Below, in pieces: positions 27,893-32,000 of a stretch of 32,000 nucleotides of DNA. This stretch comes from Escherichia coli O127:H6 (GTDB lineage: Bacteria > Pseudomonadota > Gammaproteobacteria > Enterobacterales > Enterobacteriaceae): assembly GCF_900149915.1 (NCBI RefSeq), contig NZ_LT827011.1. One strand, given 5' to 3'. Position 1 is the stretch's first letter, and each line of letters begins with the position of its first letter. A model generated the notes under the pieces. It ran no database searches. It was not told the origin of the DNA and saw only the letters and a program-made list of their open reading frames with translations. The translations under genes were made by a program, and so were the position numbers.

Positions 27893-29430
27893 TGAAAAAA
27901 ATAAGTTTTTTTATTTTTACAGCACTATTTTGCTGCAGTGCACAAGCTGCCCCGTCCTCTCTGGAAAAAAGATTAGGCAAGAACGAATATTTTATTATTA
28001 CTAAAAGTTCTCCAGTACGTGCAATCCTTAATGACTTTGCTGCTAACTACAGCATTCCTGTTTTCATCAGTAGTTCCGTGAATGATGATTTCTCTGGCGA
28101 AATAAAAAATGAAAAACCTGTAAAAGTACTGGAAAAACTGTCCAAACTCTATCATCTCACATGGTATTATGATGAGAACATCTTGTATATTTATAAAACA
28201 AATGAAATATCAAGAAGTATAATTACACCAACATATCTGGATATTGACTCACTGCTAAAATATCTGAGTGATACAATCTCAGTAAACAAAAACTCTTGCA
28301 ATGTGAGAAAAATTACGACATTTAACTCGATTGAAGTTCGGGGTGTTCCTGAATGTATAAAATATATTACATCTTTATCAGAAAGTCTTGATAAAGAGGC
28401 ACAGTCTAAAGCCAAAAATAAAGATGTTGTTAAGGTCTTTAAACTGAACTATGCGTCAGCGACAGATATAACATACAAATACCGTGACCAAAATGTTGTC
28501 GTCCCAGGTGTTGTCTCCATTCTGAAGACAATGGCAAGTAATGGTTCGCTTCCCAGTACCGGTAAAGGTGCCGTCGAGCGAAGCGGTAACCTGTTTGATA
28601 ACAGTGTAACGATTTCCGCTGATCCACGTCTTAATGCAGTTGTTGTAAAAGACCGCGAAATAACGATGGATATCTATCAGCAATTAATTTCTGAGCTTGA
28701 TATTGAACAAAGGCAAATTGAAATTTCTGTCTCAATTATTGATGTTGATGCAAACGATCTTCAGCAGCTCGGCGTAAACTGGTCCGGTACGTTAAATGCA
28801 GGACAAGGTACGATTGCCTTTAATAGCTCTACCGCACAGGCTAATATCAGCTCTTCTGTGATAAGTAATGCCAGTAATTTTATGATTAGGGTGAATGCGT
28901 TACAACAGAACTCGAAAGCTAAAATACTCTCTCAGCCGTCAATTATAACCTTAAATAATATGCAGGCGATTCTTGATAAAAACGTAACGTTTTATACAAA
29001 AGTCTCCGGAGAAAAGGTGGCGTCTCTGGAAAGTATTACAAGCGGAACATTGCTGAGAGTGACACCACGTATACTTGATGACAGCTCGAATAGTCTTACC
29101 GGAAAACGTCGGGAACGAGTTCGTTTGTTACTTGATATTCAGGATGGCAATCAATCGACTAACCAAAGCAATGCTCAGGATGCCAGCAGCACCTTACCTG
29201 AAGTACAAAATTCAGAAATGACAACAGAAGCGACATTAAGTGCAGGAGAAAGTTTATTACTTGGCGGATTTATCCAAGATAAAGAAAGTTCAAGTAAAGA
29301 TGGTATACCGCTGTTAAGCGACATTCCTGTTATTGGTAGTTTATTCTCCAGTACGGTAAAACAAAAACATAGTGTTGTTCGACTCTTTTTAATTAAAGCA
29401 ACCCCGATAAAATCTGCATCTAGCGAATAA
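27892..29430 (+). CDS. escC: T3SS outer-membrane secretin EscC (SctC)
   Basis: 512-aa ORF with signal peptide and C-terminal secretin domain (LLLGGFIQDKESSSKDGIPLLSDIPVIGSLFSS). Confidence 0.98.
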   Translation: MKKISFFIFTALFCCSAQAAPSSLEKRLGKNEYFIITKSSPVRAILNDFAANYSIPVFISSSVNDDFSGEIKNEKPVKVLEKLSKLYHLTWYYDENILYIYKTNEISRSIITPTYLDIDSLLKYLSDTISVNKNSCNVRKITTFNSIEVRGVPECIKYITSLSESLDKEAQSKAKNKDVVKVFKLNYASATDITYKYRDQNVVVPGVVSILKTMASNGSLPSTGKGAVERSGNLFDNSVTISADPRLNAVVVKDREITMDIYQQLISELDIEQRQIEISVSIIDVDANDLQQLGVNWSGTLNAGQGTIAFNSSTAQANISSSVISNASNFMIRVNALQQNSKAKILSQPSIITLNNMQAILDKNVTFYTKVSGEKVASLESITSGTLLRVTPRILDDSSNSLTGKRRERVRLLLDIQDGNQSTNQSNAQDASSTLPEVQNSEMTTEATLSAGESLLLGGFIQDKESSSKDGIPLLSDIPVIGSLFSSTVKQKHSVVRLFLIKATPIKSASSE

Positions 29431-29443
29431 TAAATGAGGCTTT

Positions 29444-29899
29444 ATGAGCAGGAAATTTAGCTCTCTAGAGGATATTTATGATTTCTACCAGGATGGTGGC
29501 ACATTAGCGTCATTAACAAATCTGACACAACAAGATCTCAATGACCTTCATTCTTATGCCTATACAGCATATCAATCTGGTGATGTAATAACCGCAAGAA
29601 ATCTATTCCATTTGCTCACATATCTGGAACACTGGAATTATGACTACACCTTATCTCTGGGCTTATGCCATCAGCGTTTATCAAATCATGAAGATGCACA
29701 ACTGTGTTTCGCACGCTGTGCAACTTTAGTTATGCAAGATCCCAGGGCATCTTATTATTCTGGAATTAGCTACTTACTCGTCGGAAATAAGAAAATGGCC
29801 AAGAAAGCCTTTAAGGCTTGTTTAATGTGGTGTAATGAAAAAGAAAAATACACTACATATAAAGAAAATATTAAAAAATTGTTAGGTAATACAGAGTAA
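29444..29899 (+). CDS. cesD: EspD/EspB chaperone CesD
   Basis: 151-aa TPR-type class II chaperone ORF, last gene of LEE2. Confidence 0.95.
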   Translation: MSRKFSSLEDIYDFYQDGGTLASLTNLTQQDLNDLHSYAYTAYQSGDVITARNLFHLLTYLEHWNYDYTLSLGLCHQRLSNHEDAQLCFARCATLVMQDPRASYYSGISYLLVGNKKMAKKAFKACLMWCNEKEKYTTYKENIKKLLGNTE

Positions 29900-29919
29900 A
29901 AACTACCATCAGCTATACC

Positions 29920-29944
29920 AATCCCCAGGCTGACTGGGGATTTT
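29920..29944 (+). terminator. Intrinsic terminator after cesD (LEE2)
   Basis: AATCCCCAG-GCTGA-CTGGGGATTTT, 9-bp stem, about 20 nt after the cesD stop. Confidence 0.88.
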
Positions 29945-30282
29945 CTATCGGAAATAATAAAGCTGCTATAGTGAAGTGCTCCCAAAGTTGAGCACCGACC
30001 ACTGGTAGATTTATCTACAGGTGTGGGGTTATTCCATTAACCAGGATTTTATGCCCTGAACTATCTTCTGCTGTATTTAATATCATTTCCGTTTATGAAA
30101 CAATCTGTATATCTTAACTTAGCATTAGAAATCTGATCTTTCCAATCATCTATAGCTCAGAGTATATTTGTCAGGAAATGACCTTCAAACTTTAGCCGAG
30201 AAAAAGGCTTACCCTGGAAAACAAAACCCTTAAATATAGCTTTATTTTTATTCTTCTATAAAATATACTCAAAAAATTACGT

Positions 30283-30696
30283 CTAACTCTCCTTTTTCCG
30301 CCTCAAGATCATTTCGTTCCAGATATTAGACTGTCCCACAATACCATTACCAACTCGGTAGGTTTTTCTTTTTGGTCCGGTTGATCCAGGACTTTCTATC
30401 GGAACCGCCTCAAGGTTAACATCATAAATGAAAATCTCAAGGCGCTTATAATGCAAATTACCATAACTAACATATCTGACACGAAATGAAATTTTTTCTT
30501 TTCTTCTCGATATATAAGTTATAATAAATGATGCTCTCCTCAGGTTTATACCGAATGCTTCGGCAATATCATTGCGAGAAATCCATTTCTCCTGCAATTT
30601 ACACCAAAGAGAAACCAAGATATACAGAGGTTCACCATCGTAATTCTTTACTGAGTCAGGAATTACATAGTCGCCATTTTTATTTTTAGATTCCAT
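30283..30696 (-). CDS. grlA: Global regulator of LEE activator GrlA
   Basis: 137-aa ORF MESKNKNGDYVIPDSVKNYDGEPLYILV... with central HTH. Confidence 0.96.
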   Translation of the reverse strand: MESKNKNGDYVIPDSVKNYDGEPLYILVSLWCKLQEKWISRNDIAEAFGINLRRASFIITYISRRKEKISFRVRYVSYGNLHYKRLEIFIYDVNLEAVPIESPGSTGPKRKTYRVGNGIVGQSNIWNEMILRRKKES

Positions 30697-30751
30697 TTTC
30701 CATATTCTTTTTATTTGATAAATAAATCGACATAAAAAACATACATAAAAA

Positions 30752-31123
30752 TTATTCTAAATAAACTTGTGGCATTCCTGTGTTTTTAATAATTAATGGT
30801 TCTATAAATTTGGCATAAACATCAACAAACAATTTTTCATTTCCTCTTACATGGCAATGTAATGTGAGATTATTATCATTACTCAGTACTTTTTTAGGGA
30901 TAACTAATTGATAATCTTGTTCAATGTTTAGCACCGAGGGAATTTCGTAATTATATCGATGGACATGAAGTATGATGTCCTCATCTTCAGAGAGAACCCC
31001 CTGATACACAGAAGCAATATCGCCGCCAGTGATCATATTTCCATTTTTAATCAGTATACCTTCCCCACAGGAGTCTTCATTGCTAATAAATATAATGCTA
31101 TAGATGCCATCCTTCATAATCAT
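30752..31123 (-). CDS. grlR: GrlA antagonist GrlR
   Basis: 123-aa ORF MIMKDGIYSIIFISNEDSCGEGILIKNGNMITGGD..., immediately upstream of grlA; contains EDED motif. Confidence 0.96.
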   Translation of the reverse strand: MIMKDGIYSIIFISNEDSCGEGILIKNGNMITGGDIASVYQGVLSEDEDIILHVHRYNYEIPSVLNIEQDYQLVIPKKVLSNDNNLTLHCHVRGNEKLFVDVYAKFIEPLIIKNTGMPQVYLE

Positions 31124-31318
31124 AACTCACTCAGTTTCATACTAACCTCACTCCTTTCAATTTGTTCTATCCATAAGCAATATCAAGAATAATGGAGACC
31201 TTTCTTTTTCTCCAGATTGCAATGTAATATATCATTAAATATACTCATGTTTCAACCTGCTGTTTCCCTGGTTAACATATGTAATTTCTGATTAATAATA
31301 TTGAGTAACAACGTAAAA

Positions 31319-31777
31319 ATGAAAAAAATAATACTGAGTATCATTCTCATTTCAAATTACTGTAATGCTTCCGATTGTTTTGAAATTACAGGAAAAGCAT
31401 ATAACATAGATCCACTAATATTAAAAGCAATTGCATGGAATGAATCAAAATGCAAAAGCGGAATAAAAAGCAAAACAAACAAAAACGGAACGTATGATAT
31501 AGGTATAATGCAAATTAATTCATCTCATTTAGATTTATTAAGCAAATTTAATATATCTGAAGATGATTTATTGAATAATGCCTGTATAAACATATCTGTT
31601 GCTGGTTATATCTTAGCCTCTAACATAAAATACAGAGGGAATACATGGGATGCAGTTGGTGCGTATAATGCAGGTTACTTTAATACACCAAATGCAGTAG
31701 AACTCAGAAGGCAATACGCAATGAAAATATATAAAACATATAATAAATTAAAGAATAATGAGCAAATTATCGATTAA
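31319..31777 (+). CDS. etgA: T3SS-associated peptidoglycan lytic enzyme EtgA
   Basis: 152 aa from MKKIILSIILISNYCNASDCFEI (ORF track adds 6 residues). Signal peptide; lytic transglycosylase motifs AIAWNESKCKSGI, DIGIMQINSSHL, AVGAYNAGYF. Confidence 0.93.
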   Translation: MKKIILSIILISNYCNASDCFEITGKAYNIDPLILKAIAWNESKCKSGIKSKTNKNGTYDIGIMQINSSHLDLLSKFNISEDDLLNNACINISVAGYILASNIKYRGNTWDAVGAYNAGYFNTPNAVELRRQYAMKIYKTYNKLKNNEQIID

Positions 31778-32000
31778 TAATCAAGGTCTATCGCAATACG
31801 AATCAATTGTGCCACAGGTTCAAAAAAGTCTTCTGTTATATATTGTCCTTTATGTATATTCTTATAGAGACTTCTTGCTAAAGGAATATCTTCAATCACT
31901 GGAATATCATAGAGTTCAGCCAGTTTAATGATCTGTAGAGCTTTGGCATCTTTTCCTGTTTCAATAACTAAAGGTAATGGAGTCTCCCCAAGTTTATAGT
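31774..32000 (-). CDS. escU: T3SS switch/export protein EscU (SctU), C-terminal part only
   Basis: Manual reverse-strand translation gives ...YKLGETPLPLVIETGKDAKALQIIKLAELYDIPVIEDIPLARSLYKNIHKGQYITEDFFEPVAQLIRIAIDLDY*, the conserved FlhB/SctU C-terminus; overlaps the etgA 3' end by 4 nt. Confidence 0.94.
   Translation of the reverse strand, partial: YKLGETPLPLVIETGKDAKALQIIKLAELYDIPVIEDIPLARSLYKNIHKGQYITEDFFEPVAQLIRIAIDLDY

Noticed and set aside
5124-32000. The island as a wholly new secretion system
   Set aside because: Every large ORF matches a known LEE gene in the expected order and orientation; the system itself is well described.

Overview
This window holds the yicJI side of the selC locus followed by most of an intact locus of enterocyte effacement (LEE). 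The identified protein families and gene order match typical enteropathogenic E. coli (EPEC). From left to right it contains: a truncated PRD/Mga-type PTS regulator (probably frzR), yicI and yicJ, tRNA-Sec (selC), a short junction with an IS3-family (IS600-like) transposase remnant, and then LEE genes. The LEE genes run espF, escG, escF, cesD2, espB, espD, espA, sepL, escD, eae, cesT, tir, map, cesF, espH, sepQ, escP, escO, escN, escV, mpc, espZ, escI, escJ, sepD, escC, cesD, grlA, grlR, etgA and the 3' end of escU. The intimin C-terminus, a Tir with NPY and IYDEV motifs, and a three-repeat EspF suggest an alpha-intimin EPEC (O127:H6-like) LEE. This is a well-described system, and I found no convincing new protein system. 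The less-described signals are nucleotide-level: a G-quadruplex-capable tract between tir and cesT, a 15-bp perfect inverted repeat downstream of espF, a long hairpin between cesF and espH, a palindrome in the LEE2/LEE3 divergent promoter region, and the IS relic at the LEE/selC junction.
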